DNA of 64,000 nt from Candidatus Latescibacterota bacterium (GTDB taxonomy: Bacteria > Latescibacterota > UBA2968 > UBA8231). Within the stretch, counting starts at the first letter, position 1. Every line of letters begins with the position of its first letter. The notes beneath the pieces were generated by a model. The model did not search any database, was not told the origin of the DNA, and saw nothing but the letters and a program-made list of their open reading frames with translations. Made by a program: the position numbers and the translations under genes. The stretch covers positions 4,320,001 through 4,384,000 of the forward strand of contig OZ253462.1 in the NCBI GenBank assembly GCA_965261395.1. Direction: 5' to 3'. Below, in pieces: positions 26,983-36,033 of this stretch.

Positions 26983-28344
26983 CTACGTCTGGATAGCGGC
27001 CTCTAACGCCGCTTGTCGCATGGCCGCGCGTTCGGCCGGATCGCTCCAGCGCTGGACGATCATCGGGTCGAGCGCATCTAAGGGGTCGTAATAAAAGAAG
27101 AACTCGCCGGGCCGCACGGCTGGGCTGGTAAATACGGCGATGCCCGTCTGGCGATCATAGTGTTCGTAGGAGTGGACATCGCGTTTCCCACCGCCCCCCA
27201 TAGTGTCGAGCACAAAGGCCGGCGTATTGAACCCAGCGGTCCGCCCCCGAACCGACTTCTCCAAGTCGATCGCCGTCGCTAAGGTCGTGCGTAGCTCTTC
27301 GACCCCGCGAACCATATCGTGGACAAAGGTGTAATACGGATGCACGTTGAGATAGCTGAGCCGCCGCACGAGATTATGCATGGTGTCGACGTCGTCGTTG
27401 ACGTCCTTTTGCAAGACGGTTTGGTTGCGCACGCAGATGCCGCGCTCCATCAATTCGTCGAGTGCGTGGCCGCTGATGGCCGTGATTTCGCGCGGGTGGT
27501 TGAAATGCGTGTGCAGCGCGACTTCCTTGTGAACCTTGCGCCCCGCTTCGACAACTCGTGTAAGGGCATCGACCCACTCTCGGTCTGTAACGAGTTTCTG
27601 CGGCATAATCGCCGGAGCCTTCGTCGCGTAGCGCATCCGCCGCACATGCTCAATGTTGAGCAAGCGAGTGCCGATGTATTCGATGTGTTCGGCCTTGAGG
27701 TTGGCCACATCGCCGCCGCTGATGACGATGTCTTCTAACTCGGGTCGCGAAGAGACATAGGCAAAGACCCGCTCCCACCGCTGGACAACGGCCCCAAAAT
27801 GCACTTTTTCCACATCCTCGGTATCCAACCCCACCGCATAGGAGCGGGTACAGAAACGACAGTACACCGGACAGGTATCGAGCGTCAAAAACAGCGCCCG
27901 GTCGGCGTAGCGATGAGTCAGGCCCGGCACGGGGGAATCCACTTGCTCGTGCAGCGAATCTAAGGCGAGTTCCGGGTGATCGGGCCGCATCCGCGACCCC
28001 ATGGGCAGAAACTGAATGCGTAGGGGATCCGTAGCTGGCTCCGACCAGTCGATCAAACTCAGCAGGTACGGGGAAATCCGCAGACTCATCGGCGAACGCA
28101 AAAGTCCCTGCTCGACGTCTCGATAAAACGCCTCTGAAACGAGGCTACCAAGCACTTCCTGCAGCTTCTTTAAGCTCGTCACGCTATTGCGGCTCTGAAA
28201 GCGGTGCTCGTGGAACTCATCCGCACGCAAATCGGCATAGGCGGGAATAGCGCGCCAATAGTCGTCGTCGCGCAAGTCCCGGTGGGAGGTATCAATTACC
28301 GCGCTGGTAGGCGGCGTCAGCACCTGCTCTTGAATCTCAGACAT
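26983..28344 (-). CDS. KamA-family radical SAM/PLP aminomutase
   Basis: GLTHRY, CPVYCRFCTR, ISGGD, THFNHPREI, GGGGK. Confidence 0.9.
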   Translation of the reverse strand: MSEIQEQVLTPPTSAVIDTSHRDLRDDDYWRAIPAYADLRADEFHEHRFQSRNSVTSLKKLQEVLGSLVSEAFYRDVEQGLLRSPMSLRISPYLLSLIDWSEPATDPLRIQFLPMGSRMRPDHPELALDSLHEQVDSPVPGLTHRYADRALFLTLDTCPVYCRFCTRSYAVGLDTEDVEKVHFGAVVQRWERVFAYVSSRPELEDIVISGGDVANLKAEHIEYIGTRLLNIEHVRRMRYATKAPAIMPQKLVTDREWVDALTRVVEAGRKVHKEVALHTHFNHPREITAISGHALDELMERGICVRNQTVLQKDVNDDVDTMHNLVRRLSYLNVHPYYTFVHDMVRGVEELRTTLATAIDLEKSVRGRTAGFNTPAFVLDTMGGGGKRDVHSYEHYDRQTGIAVFTSPAVRPGEFFFYYDPLDALDPMIVQRWSDPAERAAMRQAALEAAIQT

Positions 28345-28363
28345 GGGTCCGTCCCGTACTGCT

Positions 28364-28990
28364 TTAATTTTTTTTCATTAAATTGAAAAATTCTTCGCGT
28401 ACTATCGGCTCGGCAAAACGGCCCCGTAGCGCCGAAGTGGTCGTCACCGCCCCAGGCCTTTCCACTCCCCGCATCTCCATGCACAAATGTCGAGCCTCCA
28501 TTACGACGATGGATCCTTTGGGTGCCAGCTTGGCTTCAAGGAAGTCCACGATTTGCTGGGTGAGACGTTCTTGAAGCTGGGGCCGGCGGGAATAGAACTC
28601 GACAATGCGCGCGATCTTGCTCAGACCAACGATGGTTTCCCCAGGTATATAGGCTACATGTGCCTTGCCGAAAAACGGGATCATGTGGTGGGAACAAACC
28701 GAAAAGAACTCAATGTTCTTGACGATCACCATGTTGTCGTAGCCATCGCTATTGGGAAAGCAGGTAATCTCCGGTTCGCCTTGGTCGTCCAGTTCCCGAA
28801 AGATCTCCATGTACATCCGCCCGACGCGGTCGGGGGTGCCTCGCAAGTGCGGATTGCTCAAGTCGAGCCCCAAAACCTGCATGATCTGGGCGAAGTGGCC
28901 GGCTATTTCGGCGGCCTTGGCCTTGTTCTGGCCCTGGAGCCAACTCGGAGTATCTCGCTCGCTAAGCGACTCTGCCGGCACATCTTCCAT
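28364..28990 (-). CDS. folE: GTP cyclohydrolase I
   Basis: TPDRV, CSHHMIPF, GLSK, RPQLQERLT, HLCMEMRGV. Confidence 0.96.
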   Translation of the reverse strand: MEDVPAESLSERDTPSWLQGQNKAKAAEIAGHFAQIMQVLGLDLSNPHLRGTPDRVGRMYMEIFRELDDQGEPEITCFPNSDGYDNMVIVKNIEFFSVCSHHMIPFFGKAHVAYIPGETIVGLSKIARIVEFYSRRPQLQERLTQQIVDFLEAKLAPKGSIVVMEARHLCMEMRGVERPGAVTTTSALRGRFAEPIVREEFFNLMKKN

Positions 28991-29074
28991 TGCGTACTTT
29001 CCTTTGCGGGCACTATAAACAGTGGGGCAAAGCCGTTTGTGCCTTGCCCCACTCTACTGCGAAAACGAAGTGCT

Positions 29075-29542
29075 TCAGTTGAGCGATTGCAAACAAGCCC
29101 TAATGGCCGCAAAATCTGGCAGGACCTTGGGGGTGTCAGATACCCAAGCGTAGCGGACGACACCTTGCCCATCGACGACAAAGGCCGAGCGCTTGGCAAC
29201 GCCTTTGAAGCCCAACAGGTCTTCGTGCTGGGCACCGTATGCGGCGGAGACCTCCTTGTTGAAATCGCTGAGTAGCGGAATCTCAATGCCTTCCTTTTCG
29301 GCCCAGGCGCTGAGGCTAAACGGGCTATCGACGCTGATTCCCAAAACCTGGGCATCGAGATCCTGGTACGCATTGATCCCGGCGGAAATCTCGCAAAGCT
29401 CCTGCGTACAGACACCGGTGAAGGCCAGCGGCACGAAGAGCAAGACGACGTTTTTACCGGCGAAATCTCCAAGGCTTACGTCCTCCATGTCCGCATTCTT
29501 GAGAGCGAACGCAGGCGCGTTGTCTCCTACTTGGATCGCCAT
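29075..29542 (-). CDS. Peroxiredoxin (AhpC/TSA family)
   Basis: PLAFTGVCTQELC (PxxxTxxC), LLSDFN, RSAFVVD. Confidence 0.92.
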   Translation of the reverse strand: MAIQVGDNAPAFALKNADMEDVSLGDFAGKNVVLLFVPLAFTGVCTQELCEISAGINAYQDLDAQVLGISVDSPFSLSAWAEKEGIEIPLLSDFNKEVSAAYGAQHEDLLGFKGVAKRSAFVVDGQGVVRYAWVSDTPKVLPDFAAIRACLQSLN

Positions 29543-29545
29543 CTG

Positions 29546-30166
29546 CTAACTCCCCATCGCCTCGGCAAAGCGGCGATTGACTTCATTCCAGTTGACGATG
29601 TCGGTCCAGGCTGCGATATAGTCGGGCCGGCGGTTCTGGTAGTTAAGATAATAGGCGTGTTCCCAGACATCGATACCGAGGATGGGAACTCCGTCGCCAG
29701 TCATCAGGGGATTATCCTGATTGGCGGTGCTGAGGAGGTCTAGCTTGCCGTCCTTGACTACGACCCAAGCCCAGCCGCTGCCGAACCGTTTGGTTGCGGC
29801 TTCCACGAAGGCTTGGTGAGCCTCGTCTTGGCTACCGATTGCGGCTTCCACGGCAGCCAGAAATTCAGCCGAAGGCTCGCCGCGTTCCCCTGCTGGAGCC
29901 ATGATCTGCCAAAATAGGCTGTGGTTGGCATGGCCGCCGCCGTGGTTGCGCACCGCCGTGCGGATGCTCTCGGGGACGGCGTCAAGGTCGCTGATGAGGT
30001 CTTCGACGCTTTTAGCGGCCAAGTCATCGTGCCCTTCGAGAGCAGTGTTGAGGCTGGTCACGTAGGTATTGTGGTGCTTGGTGTGGTGAATCTCCATGGT
30101 GCGGGCGTCTATGACAGGCTCTAGCGCGTCATAGGCATAGGGGAGATCGGGAAGAGAGTGGGCCAT
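29546..30166 (-). CDS. sodA: Superoxide dismutase, Mn-type signature
   Basis: [35 protein letters not shown]. Confidence 0.95.
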   Translation of the reverse strand: MAHSLPDLPYAYDALEPVIDARTMEIHHTKHHNTYVTSLNTALEGHDDLAAKSVEDLISDLDAVPESIRTAVRNHGGGHANHSLFWQIMAPAGERGEPSAEFLAAVEAAIGSQDEAHQAFVEAATKRFGSGWAWVVVKDGKLDLLSTANQDNPLMTGDGVPILGIDVWEHAYYLNYQNRRPDYIAAWTDIVNWNEVNRRFAEAMGS

Positions 30167-30210
30167 GGTCAATCCTTTCGGCTTGAGGTTAAAAGACAAG
30201 CGAGAATGAG

Positions 30211-30588
30211 TTAGGGGGCGGTACTGGCTTGGTAGTTTTTCACTAGGGCCTGGGTCGCGTCAGCGGCCAGTTGGGCGGCGTGGCGCTTCATTGGCGGCAG
30301 CCCCCCTAGCGCCTCCTCAATAGCTGCCGGCTCTAGCTGAGCCGCGTCCACCAATAGCAAGTCTGCCAGCAACTCGGTGAGTACCGAGCCAGCCGCGACC
30401 GAAGGGGCGCAGCCAAAGGTCTTACAACTAGCGCGGATGATGCGACCGTTTTCGACGCGGGCAAAAAGCTGCATCGCATCGCCACAAGCCTGATTTTCAG
30501 CTTGCCCCGAGGCATTGGCGTCACCGATTTGTCCAGCGTTTCGGGGATGCCGGTAGTGATCGAAAACCGCTGCGCTAAAGGAGGTCAT
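30211..30588 (-). CDS. IscU/NifU-like Fe-S scaffold
   Basis: [29 protein letters not shown]. Confidence 0.85.
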   Translation of the reverse strand: MTSFSAAVFDHYRHPRNAGQIGDANASGQAENQACGDAMQLFARVENGRIIRASCKTFGCAPSVAAGSVLTELLADLLLVDAAQLEPAAIEEALGGLPPMKRHAAQLAADATQALVKNYQASTAP

Positions 30589-30633
30589 CTACTCGCTTCA
30601 ACAGCTAGTAAAGAGGTCCGAGAAGTGGGTTGT

Positions 30634-30662
30634 ATAATACTTGTGGCCACGGGAGTTGTCAA
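30634..30662 (-). promoter_or_regulatory. Near-consensus sigma70 promoter for iscU-sodA-prx
   Basis: TTGACA-17bp-TATTAT. Confidence 0.65.
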
Positions 30663-30712
30663 CCGCATATCCCCCTGAACTGCAATCTATACAATGAGTT
30701 ATAGCCACCACA

Positions 30713-31036
30713 TCAGGCTTGGAGACCACCGGAACCGCCCGGCCCACCAGAACCGCAATCCCGCCAGTAGGTCCGCACCATCTGCAAGATGTCCCAGAGT
30801 ATGGTATCCTTAGCTACTTGATCGATCAACACGTGCAGCCTCGCGGCCTTCTCAGGTTCGATCAGCCCCAGTCCGCTCATCATCGTCAGGTGATGGATCA
30901 AGCCCGTTTGCAACAAAGTGCGATTCATGTCTGAGAGAGGGATACTGCTTTTGTTGGAGAACTCCTCTTCGAGGCCGGCATAGAGTTCGGCCAAGCTGTG
31001 GGAAAGTGTGGTCTCGACTTTGTAAACTTTTTCCAT
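30713..31036 (-). CDS. Hypothetical protein
   Basis: 107-aa ORF with GAGAGG RBS and upstream TTGACA-16bp-TATATT (31069-31096). Confidence 0.6.
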   Translation of the reverse strand: MEKVYKVETTLSHSLAELYAGLEEEFSNKSSIPLSDMNRTLLQTGLIHHLTMMSGLGLIEPEKAARLHVLIDQVAKDTILWDILQMVRTYWRDCGSGGPGGSGGLQA

Positions 31037-31124
31037 GCGCCTCTCGCCCTTGTGGGAGCCTTGCGGTTAATATACCCGGCGCGTTTCCACTGTCAACAAG
31101 ACTCGGCCCGGAGGACGCGGTTGG

Positions 31125-32555
31125 TCATTTGGCAATGATTTGGTATTTGCGGAGCAAATGTCGAAAGCGATCGTAGGTCAAGCCCAATTGCTGTGCCGCG
31201 TCTTTCTGCTGCCCTCCCACTTTGGCGAGCGCACCGTCGAGCAAGCCCCGCTCGACGCGCGCGACTTGCTCATCGAAACTGCCCCCATCGGGAAGGGCAA
31301 CGCCACTGCCGCCGCGTACTTCCGGGGGCAAGTCCTCCACGACCACTTCATCTCCTTGCGCGACGCAGAGGGCGCGCTCGACGGCGAATTTGAGTTCGCG
31401 CACATTGCCCGGCCAAGTGTAGGTCTCGAGCGCGGCCAAAACGCCTTTGGCGAACGGCCGTCGTTCAATCGCCGGCACTTCGTCGCATAGCTGCTGAGTA
31501 AAGTACTCAACCAAGGGCCGGATGTCCTCGGGCCGCTCCCGCAAGGGCGGTAGCTGGAGCACGCTAAACCGCAGGCGGTCGTAGAGGTCAGCACGAAATT
31601 GCCCGCTAGCTATTTCCCGCTCCAGATCCGCGTTGGTCGCCGCCACGACGCGCACGTCAACGTGGATCGTCTGCGTCCCACCCGTGCGCTCAAATTCTTG
31701 ATATTCTATGACGCGCAATACGTTTTTTTGGAAGTCCAGTGAAGTGTTGCCGATCTCGTCGAGAAAAAGCGTGCCGCCATTGGCGGCTTCAAAGCGGCCG
31801 TGGCGCATTTCGGCCGCGCCCGTAAAGGCCCCTTTCTCGTGGCCGAACAGCTCGCTTTCGAGCAAGGTATCCGATAGCGCCGCGCAGTTCATCTTGACAA
31901 AGGCCCGCTCACGGCGATTGCTCCCGTAGTGCAAGGCGGCGGCGATCAATTCCTTGCCAGTGCCGCGCTCGCCGCAGATCAACACGGGCCGCGGTATGGA
32001 GGCGATTTGTTCAACTTGCTCTAGCAGGTCCTGAATCAGGGAACTGCGGCTAACAATCTGATAGCGCTGACCTAGCTGGGTCCGGTAAAAGGTGTTGTCG
32101 CGGCCCAAGGTCTCGTTCTCGGCCTTGAGGCGGGCGTTTTCGCGCAATACCGCCAACATCCGCTCGACCTTTTCCATCTCCACTTCGAGCTTGTCCTCAA
32201 CGTACAAGTCCTTCTCGATAAAATCCGCCGCCCCGGCCTGCACCGCTTCGACCGCCAAGTCAACGCTTCCCTTGCCCGTGAGAATGATAACCGGCAGCTC
32301 GGCCCACTGCTTTTTGATCTCTTTCAACACTTCGAGGCCATTGGGCTGGCCAGCGCCAAAGTCAAAGTCCAGCACCACAAGTTCGACGTCCATCGGCCTA
32401 GCGGCTAGATGCCCGAGCAACCGCTGGCCATTGGAAAACGAGATGACTTCCTTGCCCAAACTGCGCAGCTTCTCCGCCAACATCTCGCGCAATTCCCGCT
32501 GGTCATCGGCGATTAAGACGGCTTTCTGTTTTTTGCCTACCATGACCATCCTCAT
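31125..32555 (-). CDS. Sigma54 enhancer-binding response regulator (REC + PspF-like AAA+ + HTH)
   Basis: REC (IADD, VLDF, FIEK); GERGTGKELIA, GAFTGA, LRVIEY, FRADLYDRL; C-terminal LGLTYDRFRHLLRKYQI; start 32555-32543. Confidence 0.92.
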   Translation of the reverse strand: MRMVMVGKKQKAVLIADDQRELREMLAEKLRSLGKEVISFSNGQRLLGHLAARPMDVELVVLDFDFGAGQPNGLEVLKEIKKQWAELPVIILTGKGSVDLAVEAVQAGAADFIEKDLYVEDKLEVEMEKVERMLAVLRENARLKAENETLGRDNTFYRTQLGQRYQIVSRSSLIQDLLEQVEQIASIPRPVLICGERGTGKELIAAALHYGSNRRERAFVKMNCAALSDTLLESELFGHEKGAFTGAAEMRHGRFEAANGGTLFLDEIGNTSLDFQKNVLRVIEYQEFERTGGTQTIHVDVRVVAATNADLEREIASGQFRADLYDRLRFSVLQLPPLRERPEDIRPLVEYFTQQLCDEVPAIERRPFAKGVLAALETYTWPGNVRELKFAVERALCVAQGDEVVVEDLPPEVRGGSGVALPDGGSFDEQVARVERGLLDGALAKVGGQQKDAAQQLGLTYDRFRHLLRKYQIIAK

Positions 32556-32571
32556 TCAATTCACTGAAAGG

Positions 32572-33927
32572 CTAGGTCTGACCGCCCGCGAAATTGAGCG
32601 GCAGATCGAGCCGAAAAACGGTCCCATGTCCCTTTCTGCTCTTGACGCGCAGCACGCCCTGGTGGGCTTGGGCGATGCGGCGCGCAATGCTCAAGCCATA
32701 GCCATTGCCCCGCTCCCTAGTGGTAAATCCAGGCTCGAATATCAATTCCAAATGCTCTTCCTCAATGCCTGGCCCATCGTCCTCGACCTCAATAAAGACC
32801 AGCGACTGCTCCCCGTCGTAGCCAGCACCCACCACCACTTGGCCACCACGTCCTTCTTCGAGGATTTCCAACGCGTTGAGGCAGAGGTTAGTAATGGCCT
32901 CGCGCAGCATCCGCTCGTCGGCCTCTACGCGCGGCAAGCCCTCTTGGACCCGCGTCTGGATCGTGGATTTCCAAGTCTGTCGGCCAAACCCAGCGGCCAC
33001 CCTGCGCACCAAGCTCCCGAGATCGACCACCGCCGGGTGGATTTTATCCGTTTTCATCGCTTCCAAGAACCCCACCCACTCGTCGTACAGAGCCTCGTAT
33101 TCGCCCCCTAAGCGATTCAACTCCCCCCGCTGCGCCTCTTCGGCCTTGCGCCCTAACCCTCGCAAGCGGCTGCCGATGATCCCCATCAGATTCTTGATGC
33201 GATGCCCCTTCGTGTAAAACCCCTCGTACACCTGCTCCTTTCCCAGCTCGACCATTTCCAGCGACAGACGAGCGAGGACTTGTGGAGCGCTTTGCTCAAA
33301 TTCCTCGCAGATGTGCTGGTATTCTTGTTCTAATTCAGGGGGTTTTACATGGCGAAAAAACAAACGGGCCAAATTCGCGTACGGCTGACTGAGCTTGGGG
33401 TCGAGCTGGATGGCTACCTTGAATTCCCCCATCGCCCCCAACACTTGGCCGCCTTGTAGCAAAAGCTGACCCAAGCTGTTGTGCCCAACCGCCGAAAGCG
33501 GGTTGAGCGCCAGCCCCTGGCGGAACGCGCCGATGGCTTCTCCACGCCGCTGCGGATCTTCGTTGTATTGACTGCCAAGAGCGAAAAAGACGCGATCGAG
33601 AGCTGGGTATTCGCGCCCTTCCTCGGCCGCGCGCACGATGGCCTCAAAGTGAGTCAGCGACCGCTCGCGGAACCGGGCATTGCGCCGTCCTTGGCGCATT
33701 GCGAGCAAGCCGAGTTGGTAATGACTTTCTAGATGCCCGCTCTCCGCGGCCGCTTCCAGCGCTGTGATGCCCACTTGCTCATCCCCCAGTTCCAAGAGAC
33801 AAAGCCCTTTGCGATGCTGAAGCTCCAAGTCATCGGGCTCCTGCGCTAGGCCGCGCTCGCACCACTCCAGCGCCTCGGCCCAACGCGCACCTTCACAAGC
33901 CTCTACAGCGCGGTCAAGCCAATTCAC
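32572..33927 (-). CDS. Soluble TPR-repeat histidine kinase
   Basis: N-terminal TPR-like repeats; H-box GHRIKNLM; NLCLNA, EDDGPGI, IFEPGFTT, GNGYGLSI; no TM segment. Confidence 0.9.
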   Translation of the reverse strand: MNWLDRAVEACEGARWAEALEWCERGLAQEPDDLELQHRKGLCLLELGDEQVGITALEAAAESGHLESHYQLGLLAMRQGRRNARFRERSLTHFEAIVRAAEEGREYPALDRVFFALGSQYNEDPQRRGEAIGAFRQGLALNPLSAVGHNSLGQLLLQGGQVLGAMGEFKVAIQLDPKLSQPYANLARLFFRHVKPPELEQEYQHICEEFEQSAPQVLARLSLEMVELGKEQVYEGFYTKGHRIKNLMGIIGSRLRGLGRKAEEAQRGELNRLGGEYEALYDEWVGFLEAMKTDKIHPAVVDLGSLVRRVAAGFGRQTWKSTIQTRVQEGLPRVEADERMLREAITNLCLNALEILEEGRGGQVVVGAGYDGEQSLVFIEVEDDGPGIEEEHLELIFEPGFTTRERGNGYGLSIARRIAQAHQGVLRVKSRKGHGTVFRLDLPLNFAGGQT

Positions 33928-33930
33928 GGC

Positions 33931-34299
33931 CTAGCCTTGCTCTCGTTGTTCCTGGCGCTCCCAAGGTTTAGATTCTGCCCCGTCCATATGGTCAATCTTT
34001 TCGCTGAGAGCAATCATGACGTCCTGCACCTCGGTCAGCCGCTGCTCGACTGAGGCCAACCGCTCCCGCAGTGCGTCTGGCTCAATGCCCTTGTCCTCGG
34101 ATACAGTCGCCTTGAGCTTGAGGTATTCGGCAACTTTGGCGATGCCGAAAATCGCCACAGCGGCCAACAAGAGTGGCGTCAGAATGACGGGCCCCATCAG
34201 ACCGAAGGAGCTCGGGTGGCTGGGAAACGCAGAGAAAAAAAGAACACACAACGCGATACCAGCGAGGAATCCGAAGACGATCCCCTTATTCTTGTCCAT
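33931..34299 (-). CDS. Small membrane protein with C-terminal coiled coil (PspB-like)
   Basis: Two TM segments then LRERLASVEQRLTEVQDVMIALSEKID; AAGGAG RBS. Confidence 0.7.
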   Translation of the reverse strand: MDKNKGIVFGFLAGIALCVLFFSAFPSHPSSFGLMGPVILTPLLLAAVAIFGIAKVAEYLKLKATVSEDKGIEPDALRERLASVEQRLTEVQDVMIALSEKIDHMDGAESKPWERQEQREQG

Positions 34300-34465
34300 G
34301 ATTAGCTCCTTTCCCTCTCTTCGATGGAATTAACTTTTTCAATCAGCTCTTCTTCCCATCTGCCTTTTTCGTGCTCCAAGGTTTAGCTCCTACCCCGTCC
34401 ATGTAGTCGATCTTTTCGCTGAGGGCAATCATGACGTCCTGCACCTCGGTCAGCCGCTGCTCAAC
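33958..34465. repeat. ~90-bp duplicated segment (about 33958-34050 and 34373-34465) encoding the shared C-terminus of the two PspB-like genes
   Basis: GCAATCATGACGTCCTGCACCTCGGTCAGCCGCTGCTC is identical in both copies. Confidence 0.9.
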
Positions 34466-34618
34466 TCGCTCTAGCCGCTTGACGATCAAATCCTCTTCCT
34501 CTTTGGCTTTTTTGTCCCTTCGCTTGCGGCTCGAATAATACTTGTTGCCCCAATTGACCAATCCACTGCACAGGATGATGAGACATACGCCAATGGCGAC
34601 CTGCAAAAACCCATTCAT
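34343..34618 (-). CDS. Small membrane protein with C-terminal coiled coil (PspB-like), paralog of 33931-34299
   Basis: One TM, basic linker, RLERVEQRLTEVQDVMIALSEKID; GGAG RBS. Confidence 0.7.
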   Translation of the reverse strand: MNGFLQVAIGVCLIILCSGLVNWGNKYYSSRKRRDKKAKEEEDLIVKRLERVEQRLTEVQDVMIALSEKIDYMDGVGAKPWSTKKADGKKS

Positions 34619-34721
34619 TTGCTCCCTCCCTGTCTGAGCCTATGCACGCGCCAGCCATGAGCACGTGCCATTGAATCGCTGCAAAAACCAGTTCACTTGA
34701 TCCCGCCTTTGCCTGTTTGTA

Positions 34722-35246
34722 TCAGGCGCTTTCGACGCCCCGACTCCAGTGTTTTTCGTGCGCGAAAAGCACTTCTGGAAAGCGATAGACGATCAGACCC
34801 GAATCGGTTATTTCGACCTCGACGAATCCCCCATCGGCCAAACGCTTGAGAATCTCCGAGGCTTCCTCGACCGTCAGCCCGGTATCGGCCGCCGCTTCGG
34901 TCACCGTCAGGCGGCCACTTCTCTTCTGAGCCAGACGCACCACGCGGTTTTGTTGACGGCGGTAGCGGACCAAATGCGCGGCTGCATCGAGCTTTTTGGC
35001 CAGTATCCAGAGCAAGCTGCCAAAAATGGTCTGGGTGACGCCAATGGCAAAAAACTCGAAATGGGAATCTGGACCATCGGCATGGAGGATTTGAAAAAGT
35101 CCGTAGAGCATAAACCCCAGCCCCATCGGCACCATCGGCACGGCCATTACCTTGAGAAAAAGAGCGCCTAGGCGCTTGAATCCCCCTTCCATAGCACTTC
35201 TTACCTCGCTTTTTGCCGCGTTGGGCGGTCTCATCGTCATAGCCAT
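34722..35246 (-). CDS. Two-TM membrane protein with C-terminal winged-helix-like domain
   Basis: Two hydrophobic segments; GRLTVTEAAADTGLTVEEASEILKRLADGGFVEVEITDSGLIVYRF. Confidence 0.75.
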   Translation of the reverse strand: MAMTMRPPNAAKSEVRSAMEGGFKRLGALFLKVMAVPMVPMGLGFMLYGLFQILHADGPDSHFEFFAIGVTQTIFGSLLWILAKKLDAAAHLVRYRRQQNRVVRLAQKRSGRLTVTEAAADTGLTVEEASEILKRLADGGFVEVEITDSGLIVYRFPEVLFAHEKHWSRGVESA

Positions 35247-35293
35247 CAGTTCTCCGAATTCAGCAGTCGCACAACATGCTGCGGGCCATAGGG

Positions 35294-35968
35294 TTACTTA
35301 TCTTTTTTCATCTTGTCCTTTAAAGCCTTCAATTCGTCGTCAACGCTGTGATCTGCTTCGATTTGGCGGATCTCTTTCTCAACATCTTCCATCTCGCCCG
35401 AAATCTCTACGTGCGCGGCAGCTTCTGCCTCGCTCTCTTCGACTTTCTGCTCAAAGCGCTCAAAACTGGAAAAGGCGTCCTGACCCAACCCGGAAATGCT
35501 TTGGGCGAGACGCTTGCGGGCCTGGGCAGCTTGGTGGCGAGCGATCAACGTGCCCTGTCGGGTCCGTGCTTCTTCGAGCTTGGTCTTTAGCTCGCGTAAC
35601 TGCTCGCGCAATTGCTCGGCCGTCTGCCGACTCTCCTCCACGGCCGGAGCCAGATCCTCGGCCGCTTTGGCAAACACCGCTTTGCGCTCCAGCGCCCGTC
35701 GCGCCAGCACATCCTCGCCCGCTTCCACCGCCCGTTCGGCCTTGCGCTGCCATTCGGCTACCTGGCTTTGCTTGTCGTTGAACTGGCGCTCGAGCCGCTT
35801 GTGATTGGCCACAGCGGTCCCGACCGAGGCCGTGGCCTTGCCGACTGCCTCTTCCATGTCCCGCACCATTTGGCGGATCATCTTGTCCGGCTCTTCGGCC
35901 CGGTCGAGCATTTCGTTGATATTGGACTTGAGGATATCGCTTATCCTCGCAAAGGCTCCCTTAGCCAT
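35294..35968 (-). CDS. pspA: Phage shock protein A (PspA/IM30/Vipp1 family)
   Basis: FARISDILKSNINEMLDRAEEPDKMIRQ, AGEDVLARRAL, FERFEQKVE, VDDELKALK. Confidence 0.95.
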   Translation of the reverse strand: MAKGAFARISDILKSNINEMLDRAEEPDKMIRQMVRDMEEAVGKATASVGTAVANHKRLERQFNDKQSQVAEWQRKAERAVEAGEDVLARRALERKAVFAKAAEDLAPAVEESRQTAEQLREQLRELKTKLEEARTRQGTLIARHQAAQARKRLAQSISGLGQDAFSSFERFEQKVEESEAEAAAHVEISGEMEDVEKEIRQIEADHSVDDELKALKDKMKKDK

Positions 35969-36017
35969 CGTACACCTTCCTTGATTGAGTGAAGCTTATC
36001 ATGCGTTATTCCTAACT

Positions 36018-36033
36018 TGCAAGAGCTGTGCCA
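36018..36033 (-). promoter_or_regulatory. Sigma54 (-24/-12) promoter of the pspA operon
   Basis: TGGCAC-AGCTC-TTGCA matches the TGGCAC-N5-TTGC consensus, 50 bp upstream of pspA ATG. Confidence 0.88.

Noticed and set aside
23339-28990. Dpd-type 7-deazaguanine DNA modification system (folE + queD)
   Set aside because: No dpdA/tgt, queC or queE nearby, and the two genes are separated by rny and dxr; ordinary folate/queuosine roles suffice.
34654-34672. Second sigma54 promoter before the PspB-like genes (TGGCACGTGCTCATGG, minus strand)
   Set aside because: The -24 element matches but the -12 GC is not at the required spacing.
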